Below are positions 24,830 through 38,759 of a stretch of DNA of 64,000 nucleotides, piece by piece. The position numbers were made by a program, and so were the translations under genes. The notes under the pieces are model-generated. The model was not told where the DNA came from, ran no database searches, and was given only the letters and a program-made list of their open reading frames with translations. The stretch's first letter is position 1. Each line of letters opens with the position of its first letter. The DNA is from Glycera tridactyla (lineage: Eukaryota): NCBI GenBank assembly GCA_965644265.1, contig OZ286468.1:41230001-41294000 (forward strand), read 5' to 3'.

Positions 24830-25930
24830 TAATAAGCACTTGCTTCCATGGTGAGATGACATGGACTGCTTTTCTCGATTCAAAGGACCATCCAAAGCTT
24901 GTGCTCCCTACAACTGTCATCAAAACTTCCATCACCACCAAAACCATCATCCCAACCGTCATCATGACGATCTCACGTTTCTTCATCATCAGGATGTTCT
25001 GCAGCTACAGTGTAAAATTTGTCATTTTCATCATCTTCACCATCACCTGTCTCTAGGCACATGGTCTCTTAGTATTCTAAGCAGCTGGATCTGGAGTTGA
25101 TCACACAAGCGTTGTATGCATCCATTCATCATGTGGTGCGTGTGTCACAGACAGTATTGGCAGACGTAGACATTGTCAGCTTCAATGGGTAATGAGAGAC
25201 AAGTGGGTAGTGGTCACGCAAATGGTGGCAGTTAGAGATGTGGGTGCGTGCAGAGTAGCTATACAATGAAGTGATAACTCTTGCTAAATAGCGGAGATAA
25301 CCCTGTATGATACGACCAAGAGGCTGTTACCCTGCGGCAATGAGAGTACTGCATGCATGTGTGGCTTGTCAATCACCAATATGTAAGGGGCAGGTCTCCA
25401 ACAATATCACGAACGTTTTCGAGAGTCTGAGAATGCATAGTGCGATCACAGGTAGTTCTCGACTATCTGTCATTACAAATAAGAGACATAGAATCCATAG
25501 AAATCATTGTATGAATATGGCTGTATTTTCTGCTGTATCCAGCCTTCCTTGGATACCAGGGGATTCTCAGAACCACTTGTTCTGCTAACGCATTTCGGAT
25601 GGTATACCATGTAGCATAGACCATGGTCGAGACAGGAACACGAAGACCCAAGGGTTGTAAACAACTTCCATATCAGAGAACAATCACAGGCTATACTGAG
25701 GACCGAGAAGCAAGAGCAAGACCACCGGTTAATATTTTACCCCTATCTCGATTTTTCATCCAGGCAATTTGACACCCCCAACTTCTGCATACATTTGACT
25801 ATTTTTGGGAGCTACTTTATAGAGTGCAATTGCTACTTGTTTTTCATTGACACATCAACATAGCTGGAAGGTTTGATAACACCACCTAACCCTTGTTAAT
25901 GGACCATGTCATGCACTTCGTGAGTTCGTA
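24830..25930. repeat. Old direct duplication, paralog of 28420-29740
   Basis: Shared blocks: CAT/CAC-rich tract, ccattcatcatgt, gtagctatacaatga.gtgata.ctct.gct.a.tagcggagataaccct, tgtcaatcacc.atat, ccatgtcatgcactt. Confidence 0.75.
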
Positions 25931-26429
25931 GCAAATCATCAAGATCACCAACTCTCCATTGACTCTGTAAGTGTCAGAGGCGGATATAGAGAAAATTTAT
26001 GATGGCAGCAGGTCCGACAAATACATTTCCTTCGGCTTATGACGTTTGGTCCAAAGGAATTCTGACTTGCACTATCAGATACGCTCAATGAAATCCTCCA
26101 GGTGAACTGCAGACCGTGTGATAGTGGAGGCCCAGTGGATTGAAACTGTTTCACAGTGTAACCTCATCGTCGAAGATATCTGGTTCAGTACAGTCCATTC
26201 CTAAGTTCCGCTGTCCACAGGGTGATACTGCGTTCAACATGCCAGATACCAGCAACGACACTTCGAGTGTCTGTGAATATCATGAATTGTTACCTCCGGA
26301 AACCTAGAAGAAGGAGTCTCGATGATGCAGATCATGCTGACTGCACATGCGTTTCAATATGGTCCAGCTTCATGAAGCTACATAGATATTCTTTTGATCC
26401 AGTATAGCTGATTTCTATTTCTCCATACA

Positions 26430-27860
26430 TACAGAATTCATACAATGCATTACAATACTATACACGTGGAATAGGACACTCACATGAACACAATACCTAG
26501 TTGATTATAAACAAAAGTTATACATAATCAAATTGAAAAATGGATAGGGTAAACAAATAATGAATCTTCATCAGTTACATGATTCATGCAACCATTAGTC
26601 CCTACATTAATAGGTTGAGATGGCCCCGCATTCACCGAATGTCCTTATTCTATCGCCATAGTAAGTGCTCATTTCTGAAGATTGTTAGCAAAGATCAATG
26701 TTGACAGTCTGCTGTCTTGCGGATGTTGCTCAAAGACACTAATGCTATTAGTGTTCGCGACGATGACTAAAAAGCCAATGTAAACCGGGGCCCCCTTACA
26801 CATAGACGTCCCCCCCCCAATATCCTATTACACCTATTTACTCTCCAAACCCAAGATGATTGATCACGGGATACACGGCTCTCCTACACAACTTTTACTT
26901 CGAAGATGTTGTTGAGTGATGGCAAATAAAGGTCATGTATACATCGAGACACGCAGACAGCGAGATGATCCTCCTTCAGCAGTGGGATACACAAGCGGGA
27001 ATTGTTATGTGAGGATGCCTTTCAGTCCGCCTGCAAATCTATGCGACCCCCTGCGTTCTGCAACCATTGCAGTCTTCATTGATGGTCATCTCCCATCAAA
27101 CCATATGCCATGTTCCCATGGTCAAGTATTGGCAAAGTGAGTGATTTTTCAACATAAAAGCAGTACCTTGATCTACATTGTTTGTGGCTTTACCAAAAAT
27201 AGACACACAACTATAGTATTCATTACATGCTGATCGAAGCTTATTCGTGCCCTGAATAAAGACCCAGATATTTGAATGAAAACACTCTTACGATCGGTGT
27301 CCTGTTCGGAACCACTATCATATCATGGTAATCGGGCTGGAGCATCCACTTTGCCTTGGAGACATTAAGGGTCGACTTGTTAGAATGTAGCCACGACTCA
27401 GCTTCTATAACGGCCACTCGCAGATCTGAATCCTTTTCATCCATGTCATCCGAGTTGGAGTACAGGACAGTATCTTCCGCATATATACGAACTTTGCAAT
27501 AGTTCATATTTTAGGGAAAAACCTCGATATAAATGACAAGCAGCAGGTGCCTCAAGATCGAGCAAAGGGGCAGCCACATGAACTAGACTTCTCATTTGAG
27601 AATACCCCTTTGCCTCTGACAATTTGTGTCTCAAACTATTATCTCAGAACCATTCAAAATCATTCAATTGCTTTAGGATTGACACACTTGTTGAGAGGCT
27701 GCGAAGATTTACCGTGTCGAACCCCTTCTCGAGGTCCAGAGAGAATGTCCCAGTATCACATCCATTATCCACCCAAAGCCATTTTAACTCGAGTATAGTC
27801 AGGAGGCTCATGCTAGTGGAGTGGCCCTTCCTGAACCTGACTGGTATTCATCGAACCTAA
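26430..27860 (-). mobile_element. Fossil CR1/L2-group LINE (RT to 3' UTR, 5'-truncated)
   Basis: YQSGFRKGHSTS, DLEKGFDTV, IYAEDTVLY, WLHSNKSTLNVSKAKWML, FKYLG, LPILDHGNMAYG..RLQWLQNAGGRI, with stops and frameshifts. Confidence 0.9.
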
Positions 27861-28419
27861 ATCCGAGAAATAAGTCAATATGAGTCAATATTAAGTGTTC
27901 TTAGCGAATTTGTATGTAGACCATGTTCCCCATCAAATGCGGAGTACCTTTATTCCTCTGATCATTTATCATATATTGTCATTCACTTATGTCCACCTTG
28001 GTGGACGTACAACCCTTCATCTTCGCTCCTCCTTGGCAGGTGGTCCGATTTAGCCTACTCGAAGTGCAGAAAGTGGACCCAAAACAACACCATTCCCATT
28101 TCCACCATGGTGGATCATACTTTGAACTAATTGCCCCCCCCCCCCTTCTCCCCCCCCCCCTCCGTCAACCACGTCACTGTCCTTGCTTTCTTGACTTCGT
28201 CAGTCATTTCATGTCGATATTTTTCTCAATATTTCAACAGCCACGTGAGTAACATGCTAACATTAGCAAAATATGATAATAGAGACATCAGGACGCATGT
28301 GCTTCTTTGGGGATTTCTTTGGAGTTCATCGATAGCAGTGAATCTATTTCCATTCAAGGGATTATCCTAAGCTTTTCAGCTTCATACACCATCATACAGA
28401 AACGAATCATGTTGATCCT

Positions 28420-29740
28420 CACATCATCATTGTGGCCTGCAGCACTAGTGGTATAAATATCATCCTCATCCCAAATGATGCTAATATGAGGTAATTCACC
28501 ATCACACCGTGGCCATTACCGAAAACATCTTCACTGCTATCCATACCATCACTACCTCCATCCACAATGAAAATGATCTCCACCATTACCACCAGAACTA
28601 CCAGAACTATATGAAGAATATCATCTCGACATTCAGCACCACCATGATCATCACAGTGAAAATCCACACCACAGTAGTGACTAACATTACAATTGCGGTC
28701 AACAACACCTTCACAAATACCTTTCCAGTCATTACTACCATCACAGCCATGACCGCGACCACAGAGTGACAATGTCATTTTCATTGTTTCATCATCATCT
28801 CTCTCTGGGCACATGGCCAAACCCAAATCACATAATTTTGAAAGAAACCACATCAAAGGAGTATGCCTCCATTCATCATGTTGAGTGTGTGTACTTGGTA
28901 GGAGTGGCAGATGTCGACAATGCCGGATGCAATTGATGAGAGACGAATGGGTACTAGTCATGCAAACGGTGGCTGTTAGAGTCGTGAGGGCATGCAGGGT
29001 AGCTATACAATGATGTGATAGCTCTGGCTGAGTAGCGGAGATAACCCTATAGGATACCGTTAGGAAGCGTTACCCTCCGGTCACGACAGTTTTGTAGGGG
29101 GTTTATGGGTGTCAATCACCTATATTGTTTGATGGATGTTTCAGCACAATGACCCTCCTTCCCTTCTCTCTGTCGAAAGATCCCTTCTCACCCTCACCTC
29201 CTCCTTCTTTCAACTCCTCCATCTCGCTTTCCCCTCTTGCCCTCGCTTTTCTGTCTCCCCTCTCATCATGTGCTTTTCCCTTTCCCATCCTCACATTTTT
29301 GCCCTGTCTATCTTCCACTTTGCACTCTCTCTTCATCATCCCCTCAAACCATTTTTTTCCCAAATTTTGATATCTCCACTGTGATTCTCACCAATCAACT
29401 AACTCCTCTCTCTCACTCAACACCCTACTCAACTCCCGCCCTCCCAGTGCTCCTTATCTCTTCATTATATCCCGCTCTCCTTTCCCATTCTTCTCCCCGT
29501 TCCCCACCCCACTCTGTCACTCTCCGCTCTCCTCTACCAGCCCCATTGCCTCCGCCTTTATATTTGCCCCCATACCCCTCCCAGACTATCGAGCTCCGGT
29601 GATTTTTTATGAGCTACTCACAAAGGGGGAATAGGATTTCTACTTGCTATTCATTGACATGACACCAAACGTGACTGATACAGCACAACCGTACTTCAAC
29701 TGATATGCCATGTCATGCACTTTGCAAATTCGTAGGGCTT
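28420..29740. repeat. Paralog of 24830-25930 with a CT-rich insertion (~29140-29590)
   Basis: Same shared blocks as 24830-25930; low-complexity ORFs here are artefacts. Confidence 0.7.
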
Positions 29741-31179
29741 ACAGTGAAAAAAAGAAAAACAAAAGGTGGCATGAATATAAGGCAGTGTTGTTGCCGGAGA
29801 TGAATGATGGGGTCATGAATCACGTGTCAGATTCTCATAGCCATGGACTATTCGAGCAATGATACTTTCTCATATGAATTCAGCATATTGTCATTGTACT
29901 GGACATCTCTATAGAGATATGCAAAGCAACTAGCTCGTTCCTGTGCCAGATGATTTCTTTTTGAATGTTCGCATTGCATGAACTTCTCAACATTGCCCAG
30001 CTGTTCCATATGAGATGAGAAACAACACCCTGACCAGATCATAATCGAAGATGACCTGCAAAAATGTCTATTCTCAAATGGAGAAAATTGCTATCTATAT
30101 ATCTTGCCTTCGGTGTTTAAATGTTCACCCACTCAATATATCGTTTGAATGAAATTTGGAAATTCTGTCACTTTTATATGTCATACTGACTCCTGCGGTG
30201 GACACAGAGCTTGGTCTTGTTGGTTAGTTGGTTGGTTGGTTGGTTGGTGGTTGTGACTTGACAAGATCTGTCATCCCAAAGAAGTATGTATTCGGTGTGT
30301 TCCTGATCCTACATGACCCTCCAATATAATCTTTGATTCCTGATATCAAATCAGTTAATTCATCCGCTAACCAATCTCCAATGGCGGGAACGCTCTTATA
30401 CGCTACTAAGATAATGATACAATTACGGTTGCACATAAATTGCCCTTTCTCACATGGGGACGCTCGTTGATAGTATCAGGACAATAACCAGCAATATAGG
30501 GTGACAGTGCCATTAACACTAATGACGTCATGCATATCAATGGCGTATAAACGCTGATGATATCATCCCAACTGTGATATCAGATTTCACACAGCAGATG
30601 CTCAAACATACAACTTTTGGATCGTCAACAATCGTATGTTTCCCGTATGATCAGCATGAATGAACAATGAGAAATAATTAGTAGCATGAGACTAGCCACA
30701 TCTATGGTGCTCAATACGACATTTTTTCGGATATGGAGGAACTATCTTCATGATCAGTAAATTTATTCGGTTGTTTAGTTTCTCTCACACCTGATCACTT
30801 CTATTGCAGTCTCGAATGCACGAAACAATCGACTGGAATAGATCAGACATTTCACATGCAATCACGCGATCTACACTCTCGAAACATTACCTATTCTGTT
30901 GTATAGTGTCCGACGTCACTTCGGATTTACGTGTGCAATATTCTTACGCCCATGGACATATTCTTCCATATCCTCGAAACAACTCGAGGAGCAAAGCCGA
31001 TTGATGTGCCAACAGCATCATGATCTAACTAGATCGTGCCAGTGATAGATTCGTAACTCACAAATTTATCCGGAAAATAGCCGCCGCCCAGTGGGGTATC
31101 GAGCCGTCATCAGTGAAATAGTATTAGCGAGTGTTTTCCACTTGACCAGGCATTAACGAAGCATTTATCGTGGCTATAC

Positions 31180-31375
31180 AATCCTAGGTGACTGTATTGG
31201 TCGTCGTCGTCATCGTCATCTCCACCATCATCGTCGTCGTCGTTTCCGTCGTCGTCCTCTCCTTCGTTGGCGGCGTGATTGTCGTCGTCATTCTCGTTGT
31301 GTTTGTCGTCGTTATTGTCATCTTCTCCGCCATCGTCATCTCCTTCGTCATCATCGTCGCCGTTCATCGTCATCT
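31180..31375. repeat. (GTC/ATC)n trinucleotide-rich tract
   Basis: tcgtcgtcgtcatcgtcatc...; explains the poly-Asp/poly-Val ORFs. Confidence 0.85.
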
Positions 31376-33206
31376 TTGCCGAACTCCCGATCTCCTTTCT
31401 CGGAAATTTTCACGTGGCAATACATACAACCCATGTGTACCTTGGTAGTCGATTCATTTCGTTTCTCCTGGTTAAATGGAGGAATTACTATCGTAAAATG
31501 AACTGGCTTGCATATACAGAGAATTCATCCAATACAGCCATTCATTCATATTTTAATATCGTATCTCGGATCACATGAGTTGACGAAATACCTACTCGTA
31601 TTATTTTTGCAAAGCAGTTCATGACTGCTCCCAATACAAGAATTGCTTGTCATACATCAAGTTGGACGAGAGCTCTATGGCATTATTGGATCAAATATGC
31701 CAATTTTTACATAGCTGGGCAGACATTGTAATCTTTCCGTTGAATTAAAGGGAGTTGTATTTGTATTTTATTTTCAAGTATATCAGAGATCGAAACTCAA
31801 ACGCAGATGATATATGATAATTTCTGTTTTGAGAGTGTGAATGGACAAATGTTATCTGTTATCTGTCATCTGGTCGGATTCGGTGAATGACATTTCTGAA
31901 TTATTGACCATAGAATGTACCAGACATCTAATCTATCACGCTATTTGTTATCAATCCGAAGCAATCAGGTCAGGTGAACGCTTGTCAATAAGATGAAAGA
32001 AGCAAGAGCCATATCTAGCGTGACACTGCAACTTCGAAAACACAGGTGCATCGCAATGTTTAAATGTGTCACGCCCATGAATCTCTCACTGATGCTGCCT
32101 TCACACTAACGCGATTTCACACACGGTCGGGACACGATTAGCTTTTTGCCTCAGACGGGCAGTAAAATCGTCGCCCATCTGCGTCAGACTCTGTCAACGG
32201 GGTCAGTCTGTGTCAGACCCTGAGTGCCAATTTTTCCGGTTCTAAGATTTTAGGAGGTCTTAAAATCTTGGACACGGAAAAGTAATCTTTCTCCCACCCG
32301 TGATGAATCTGTGTCAGACCGGCTGCAGTCTGTCTCTTTCTGTGATAAATCTGCGGCAGTTTCGCCATAGTTTTCAGAAGGTTTGAAGCAGGCTTTGACA
32401 CGTAATGACACAGGATGAGGCAGACAAAGGCAGATTGGACACGGATTTGACATAGTCTGACAGAGAATGAAGCAGAATGACGCATAGTGCACAATGATAT
32501 GACACAGACTGACGCATATAGCAGAAGGCTCAGGGACAGAATAGGAGTGGTGGTGGTGGCCTGGATGGCATTGGCGGGTGTTGTAGTAGACTTTCGCCAG
32601 CCAGTGTGATGTGTGGAGGTTTTCCTTCGCCAAACCGCGGCTATCGTTTTGCTCCTACACTGAGCCGATTTTGCAAGAAAGTCTGTCGCCAATCTGCCGC
32701 AGATGAAGGCTCAGGAAGTCGTCACGAATTCGGCTCCCGGCAGCGTTCGTGTAAAGGCAGCATTACGCAGCTCGATCTGCACCGTCAAACGCTAGATGGC
32801 GTTTGGGCGTGACATGCGCCAGATGCCTCCAAAAATTAGGTAACCTGTTCGCGAAAACCTAGACCATTTCGAAGTGTAAATGAAATGTGGTCATACCATC
32901 TTCGAGGAAATTACCTCATCTGTTTTGTCACGTGAGCATCTGACGCATGATAATTCGATTAATATTCATCAATTTTCTTGAAACAAGATCATTTATCCAG
33001 TAAATGACAAGGCGGATATAAGTTCCTCACGCATCCTGGGCTCATGCTCTTCATACCATGGTAGAAACAATGGGGGAATTTCATTCTGACGATCTTTGGA
33101 GGATGACACTGGAATTTCGCGAGGTGAATATTTCCCCTGCTTGCATTCAAGGATTCAACATTGAAGGTACCATACGCCTTTTCCATTACACTTGATAGGT
33201 TGCTCA

Positions 33207-33430
33207 TTATGCCCCCCAACCGAAGGTAGGGGGGCATACTGCATTCAGTCTNNNNNNNNNNNNNNNNNNNNNNNNNNNNNNNNNNNNNNNNNNNNNNNNN
33301 NNNNNNNNNNNNNNNNNNNNNNNNNNNNNNNNNNNNNNNNNNNNNNNNNNNNNNNNNNNNNNNNNNNNNNNNNNNNNNNNNNNNNNNNNNNNNNNNNNNN
33401 NNTGCATCCTTGCATGCTTGCACTCTACAT
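33207..33430 (+). mobile_element. HINE-like element spanning the assembly gap (N 33252-33402)
   Basis: TTATGCCCCCC-aaccgaaggt-aGGGGGGCATA 5' hairpin/subTIR; tgcatccttgcatgcttgca after the gap. Confidence 0.55.
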
Positions 33431-33599
33431 TGCTCACTGTTGGTACACTATGGCTACAGTGCCCAAACCTGAGGCTGTCATCTTGAATGTTAATTTGTGG
33501 TGCTCATAAGTTCACATTGGCTGGAGTGAGTGAGGGGGGGGGGGGCATTAGTCATTCTCTGGATGACAGTTCTAGTTTCCACTACACAGGGGAGTAACA

Positions 33600-34860
33600 T
33601 CCTGAAAAAATTCATCAAACAGGGGATTGGCAAGAATACAGTTCGCACGTGAAGGGTCTTCATATACCAACTCGATGGGAACAAGTGGTACGGCAGACAT
33701 ACATGCATGCTGCGAAGGGATAAGTAGTATTCAGTTTGACATGATGAGGGGGAAACAAGACTCGGACCATACAACGGAAATAGGGCAACACATGGTCGAT
33801 CAAGCGAGAGTTATAGAAGATCTGTGTGTGGGATGATTGCATGAAGGTGATCTACAGCCCTAGCCCACTTTCTTCCGATATCATGTGGAGCCCGAACGGC
33901 TCTTCAAAGGCCCTGGATACCCATTATATGCGGTTTCCATGGAGAAAACACATCCGTTGCCTTACAAATATCCGCCATCATTCGACTGGTATCCTCCTGT
34001 GGACAAAACCACCCGGATCATTCGATCACCGTAACCTGCCAAATGAAAGGCATACAACGAAATATTCATGATTTCGGGTATATATCTGCCTTGTCAATTG
34101 CTCTCGATCGATGTCACCATGCGTTTATCACCCATCATGCTAAATTGAAAGGCGTGTTGCGTTTTGGTGTTGATTGGGAGAGTTGGTATGTGGTCGCCGA
34201 ATATAGGATGGTGTATGGCTCGCTTCCTATTAGCCCAAGATACTGGCAAGGATGGTCGGATAAATTGCCTTGTCAGCAGCCGCGAATGCATCACCAAGCC
34301 ACAGCCTCCAGTATTATGCTATGCCATGAAGGATGATGAATATCACCGACCAGTGGTTTTCTTTCCTCATCCTATATCAGGATAGCTAGATGAATTATTT
34401 CATGAAGAGAATAGCAGAATCGGTATGATATGTTGTAACAGGAATTTCCTGCCATTTGTCTTTCTTATCTTCGGTATCTTGAATGATCCTATCAACTCCC
34501 ATCCTATGAGAATCCCATTATAGCCAAGCTGGAAGCCACGAAGAATAAAACATGCAACCAACTATCGGCTTGTGATATACAGTGTTCTCAACAAATGTGC
34601 TTTCCCCTGGCTCGTGTGTCACCGTCGAGCCAGTCACATGGTTAATCATGCCATCTTCAGGTTCATTATGGTCATCTTGAGGAGTTAAAGGTGTATCTGA
34701 AGCGCCAGCAACTCGCCAAATTTTCAGACAGCCACTTGACAACTTTCCGGCTTCCCTACTCTCTTGCATTCAGGGTTTGTGATAGTGAGGTCTGCAGGGA
34801 TGGAAATCAAGCTTTCATCGACCAGGGACATACGGCATACATGATCATCTAGGATGACAC
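33600..34860 (-). pseudogene. Decayed ZU5-UPA gene, copy E
   Basis: Reads CMPYVPGR*KLD...IPADLTITNPE..SCQV..AGASDTPLT...INHVTGSTVTHEPGESTF...KWQEIPVTTYHTDSAILFMK*FI*LS*Y...FLHGNRI*WVSRAFEEPFG. Homologous to copies A-D; resembles remembered ZU5 (PIDD AGATATPIT, WxDI..HFSW) and ankyrin UPA (ENRL..EPCG) motifs. Confidence 0.55.
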
Positions 34861-36509
34861 ATCCGGTAAACGTGAAACGATCAATCAATCAATGCGAATG
34901 TCATCCCCAAAAATGAATTTGTCACTTGGTTCACATTGGAATGAACGAATTTATCGTGCCACGATGATGTGACGGGAAGTCGTGCCAATGACCCATTTCC
35001 CAATATATCAAATTTGCCAGGAATATATGGATTATCTCATGTACATGTGAGTTTGAAGTTGGTTCAAGTGGTATTGTTTCGTTCCTTTTGATTTTGGCGC
35101 ATCTAGTTTTTACGCCAACCATCAGGCTTATCTTCTCTCGTATCTTGGACTGAAGCCGTGTCAAATCGAAACAATTCATAAAATCAATACTAACTCCAGA
35201 TTTTGATTTCGATGAAACAGTCACAACAGACAGGATGGTGCCAGTAGTTCTTCTTACATATGTCTGCGATCGTAATCCCACTTTTTTTGCTGTGTGGCCT
35301 TCCGGACGGTGCAGGGCGATGATACCGGAGGCAATGAAGTGAAAAAAATCAGTCAATCAATGAAAGGGACACATATTTTGGGTTTTCAGGCTGCCCTCCT
35401 ATTCCAGTTTTCTTTTCTTGCTTACATTTGAGTAGCATACGCACGTTAGTACTTTTGTTTTATTTGAAACTTTCCTTTATTTCGCCAACGTCAATTGAAC
35501 AAACGTAAAGAATACAGTTTGTTCATTTACAACATACGATATACAATACAAATAAAACGATACGAGTGATGCGTCGAGAATGGTTAGTTTTTACAATGAG
35601 ATGAGATGTATGAAAAATGAATGAAAGATGAATGATTCGACACTGATTTGACCAGAATAAGCGATCATAGCAATTTGTCAGCTGGGTTAAGATAAACCCA
35701 ACACCACCTCAGCTCCTTCATGAAATTCTTGAAAGTGTCAACATAATGATTCCATCTTTCGGCATTTCGGAATCTGAAGTTCTGCTCGCATAGCCGATAA
35801 TGGCACCTTTCTAGATTAAGATATGGGCGATCTCGTGCTCGTGTCGAGTGAGTATGGGTGGTTTCTTACAGATGACAGGCTGGTTCTTGCTCTGGCAAGA
35901 GCTGTTTGTCTTGTGAGATGTATATTTATCCTAGGAATCAAAATCCACTTCTATTTTATGGTCATCATCAACTGTTTGCTTATCAGAGAATGGAAACTCA
36001 TGATTCGAAATCAGGAGTAGTGTTGAAAGTGAAGAAACTAACGTTACAGTGTACAGCCGGCAAGTGAGTTTGAAGCAACACGCACAGTCAGAATTATCCA
36101 ATGCATAATTGTATGCAATGACTTTTGCCAAAGCTCACAGAGTATTTCCCATTATATCTAACCTCATCTATTGATCGAATGTGTGTAACATGTTTTGGCC
36201 TGTCATGAATCAACACAGTATATGAATCAGATCAAATCAAACCTGAGGAATGAACCAGCTGTAATACACAAACTTTCATCACTTCTATATGAGTCTTGCC
36301 TAGAACGAGTTAAAATCTACATATGTATACATTCAGACCAGGCCCCTACCAGGAAAGAGAAGTTTAGTGGACCAGGCGCTCCAATTGGCAGAAGAGAAGG
36401 CCAGGCTTATCTAACCGCATCAAATCGGAATAAATCAGGTTAAAAATCAATAAGATAGAAATGATTGTGACGATCACTAACGATAGAAAATGAAGCCAGA
36501 AAGAAAAGA

Positions 36510-37050
36510 GAAAATTCAGGAGTGTAAGTCCTCAGGCTGGGGAAAGTGGGAAGTCTGTTGATGTCAAAAAAACAGAAAAAGCAGGATATTGGATTGGTTG
36601 ATCAGGTTGATAATAAAATCTCGATTTTGAATCATCAAGATTCAGAGGATGATATCGGTCAGCCTGATCTGCTTGTGGTAATTTTTTCTCATTACCTTGA
36701 TTCATCTATATGGATGGTGATGATCACATGGAAGGTCTCCTTCAACCTCGAATCATCACACCATCAACAAGTAAAAAAGTCAGGACTACGTATTATCAAG
36801 GGGAAATCTCACTATCTACAACAAGAGAACTCAGAAGGGGAGAGGAAATTCAGAAGTAAAAGTCCTTAGGCTGGGCAAAGTGTGAAGTCTGTGATTTGAA
36901 AAAAAAGAAAAAAGTAGGATTTCAAATATTGTTGATCAGGTCGGTAAAGAAATGTCTATGTGAAATGGTCAAGTTTGAGGATGATATCGGTCAGCCTGAT
37001 CTACTTGTGGTCATTTTTGTGTAATTAGTTTGATTCATCTATGGAGGTCA
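36510..37050. repeat. Tandem duplication of a ~330-bp unit (second copy partial)
   Basis: aaattcag.agt..aagtcct.aggctggg.aaagtg.gaagtctgt ... gaggatgatatcggtcagcctgatct.cttgtggt ... tgattcatctat occurs twice. Confidence 0.8.
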
Positions 37051-37239
37051 GCGAGGGCTGCCTAATGTTGATTGCATGACAGATGATCGGATACTCAAGG
37101 TAAAAATGTGAATAAATCTAGGTGAATGTGCATTTGGGGAGGAGAGGAGTTAGCAAGTACATACGGCAAATCAATACTGGATGTATCCCCATAATGCAAA
37201 AGGTACTAGACTGAGAATGGACGATAGGCATATCACTTA

Positions 37240-37880
37240 TTATACCCCCGCCCAAACGAAGTTTGGAAGGGGGTATACTGGAGTCACTCTGTTGGTCGGT
37301 CAGTCGGTTGGTTGGTTTGTTGGTCAGTTGGTCGGTTGGTCTGTCCGCAAAAGGTTGGCCCACAAACTACTCCCACATTTCTCAAGCTATTGGATTGAGA
37401 CTTGCCATATGTCATCACCACAAAGTGTAGATGTGCGAGACACAATTTTCATGCAGATTGATAAACACATTTCAGAGTTATTCAAGAAAAAAGAATATTT
37501 TTCTGTATATGTGTTTTCGGCTGTATCTGTAAGTTTGAAATTCATTAAGACAGGGGAATTGACGAGGCTCATCGAATTGTTTGTATGGTGTAAGGCCTCT
37601 CACAATCCCCCTGACTTTTCTTTCATTGTTATATAAGTTTCTCTGGTAATAGACGTGCTACTGTTGCTCTCCTTCATGACTTGTCCATTTCTTTGCTCTC
37701 TCCACAATTACATAACACACCCCCAGCACACATATGCATACACTCTCATAGTCAAACCTGCTTGATGGACCACCTCTCTATAAAGACCACCAGTTAAATG
37801 TCACCCTGAGCTGCGACCATGATTTTTTCTTCTCCAGTAAATTATTAAAACCACCTGTCTACAAAAGCCACTTACATTAC
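37240..37880 (+). mobile_element. HINE/DINE-1-like element with nested MITE, 3'-truncated; same family as 23643-24193
   Basis: TTATACCCCCGCCCAAACGAAGTTTGGAAGGGGGTATAC (DINE-1-like subTIR hairpin), (GGTT/GGTC)n, and the same core and nested tagtcaaacctgcttga at ~37749. Confidence 0.75.
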
Positions 37881-38759
37881 AAAAATTATTCAAGATCCGA
37901 AAATATACATTCGCTGAATACGGTCGTTTGCATTGGACTACCCAAATTCGAAGATTTCAATGGATAAAGCTCCAAAGACATCAGATGTGTTATGTTGAAA
38001 ATATTCAGAAATTTGAGAAAGAAATGTGTTCAGTAGTGAGTTTTATTATGCGACAAATTGTTCATAATGCTCGATTAGTGTGAGTGTTGGACTGGGATAC
38101 AGACAGGTTTTATTCCTCTAAATAATTTGATCATTATATATTAAGATCATACATCCTAGCATTCTCTAGATCACGCAATAAATGGCACTAAACCGTGGAG
38201 CGGAGACAGAGCAAATCACCGACCTGAGACACCAATATCGTTGGCGGGAGAATAGACGGGATGACTGACGGAATTAATCACATGCCGAACTGCTTTATTA
38301 CGTTGAGGTGGCTTTTCATATGGCTATAAGCTCGAAAGAGCTTAGTTGTTTCAAACCTGGGTTCACTTGTATTGCATGCAACGTCGAAAGGTTTTTTAAT
38401 GGTCGACTCAATGTATTTCACACAACATCAGCAGATCATTTGTAGGAATATTGAATGATCTCATCCATGCCCATTGCATGAGCGTCCAAATATAGCTAAT
38501 TGTATGGTACTCATGGGATTTAAAACTACCAACCATGCAAGATTAGAAGCTATATACGAATACTCTTAGGCATTTTAGCTTCACCCAGGGGCTTGTTCTT
38601 ATCTTATCGATAAATATCTGGTCCTGTGCACGCCGACCACTAAACTCGATCCATTTTTTTGCTTCATGAATTTTGCTTCCCATTCAATAGGATTCAATAA
38701 ATTTATTAGACGAAGATGAGAAATGTTCCCTCATTTTCATCACATCCATAGAAATACAT

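Noticed and set aside
24743-24850. Strong acceptor (ttcttactttttcag) as tetraspanin exon 2
   Set aside because: The required phase-1 frame hits TAG after two codons; other phases are incompatible or stop
32095-32880. Harbinger-like non-autonomous element (gctgccttcacact start, cagac/gtctg-rich interior)
   Set aside because: Matching right TIR and TWA TSD could not be identified; ORFs 32213-32692 and 32250-32633 are not recognisable
38327-38344. GNRA hairpin taagctc-GAAA-gagctta as part of a hammerhead ribozyme
   Set aside because: No CUGANGA core or matching stems nearby; more likely a TE terminal hairpin or chance
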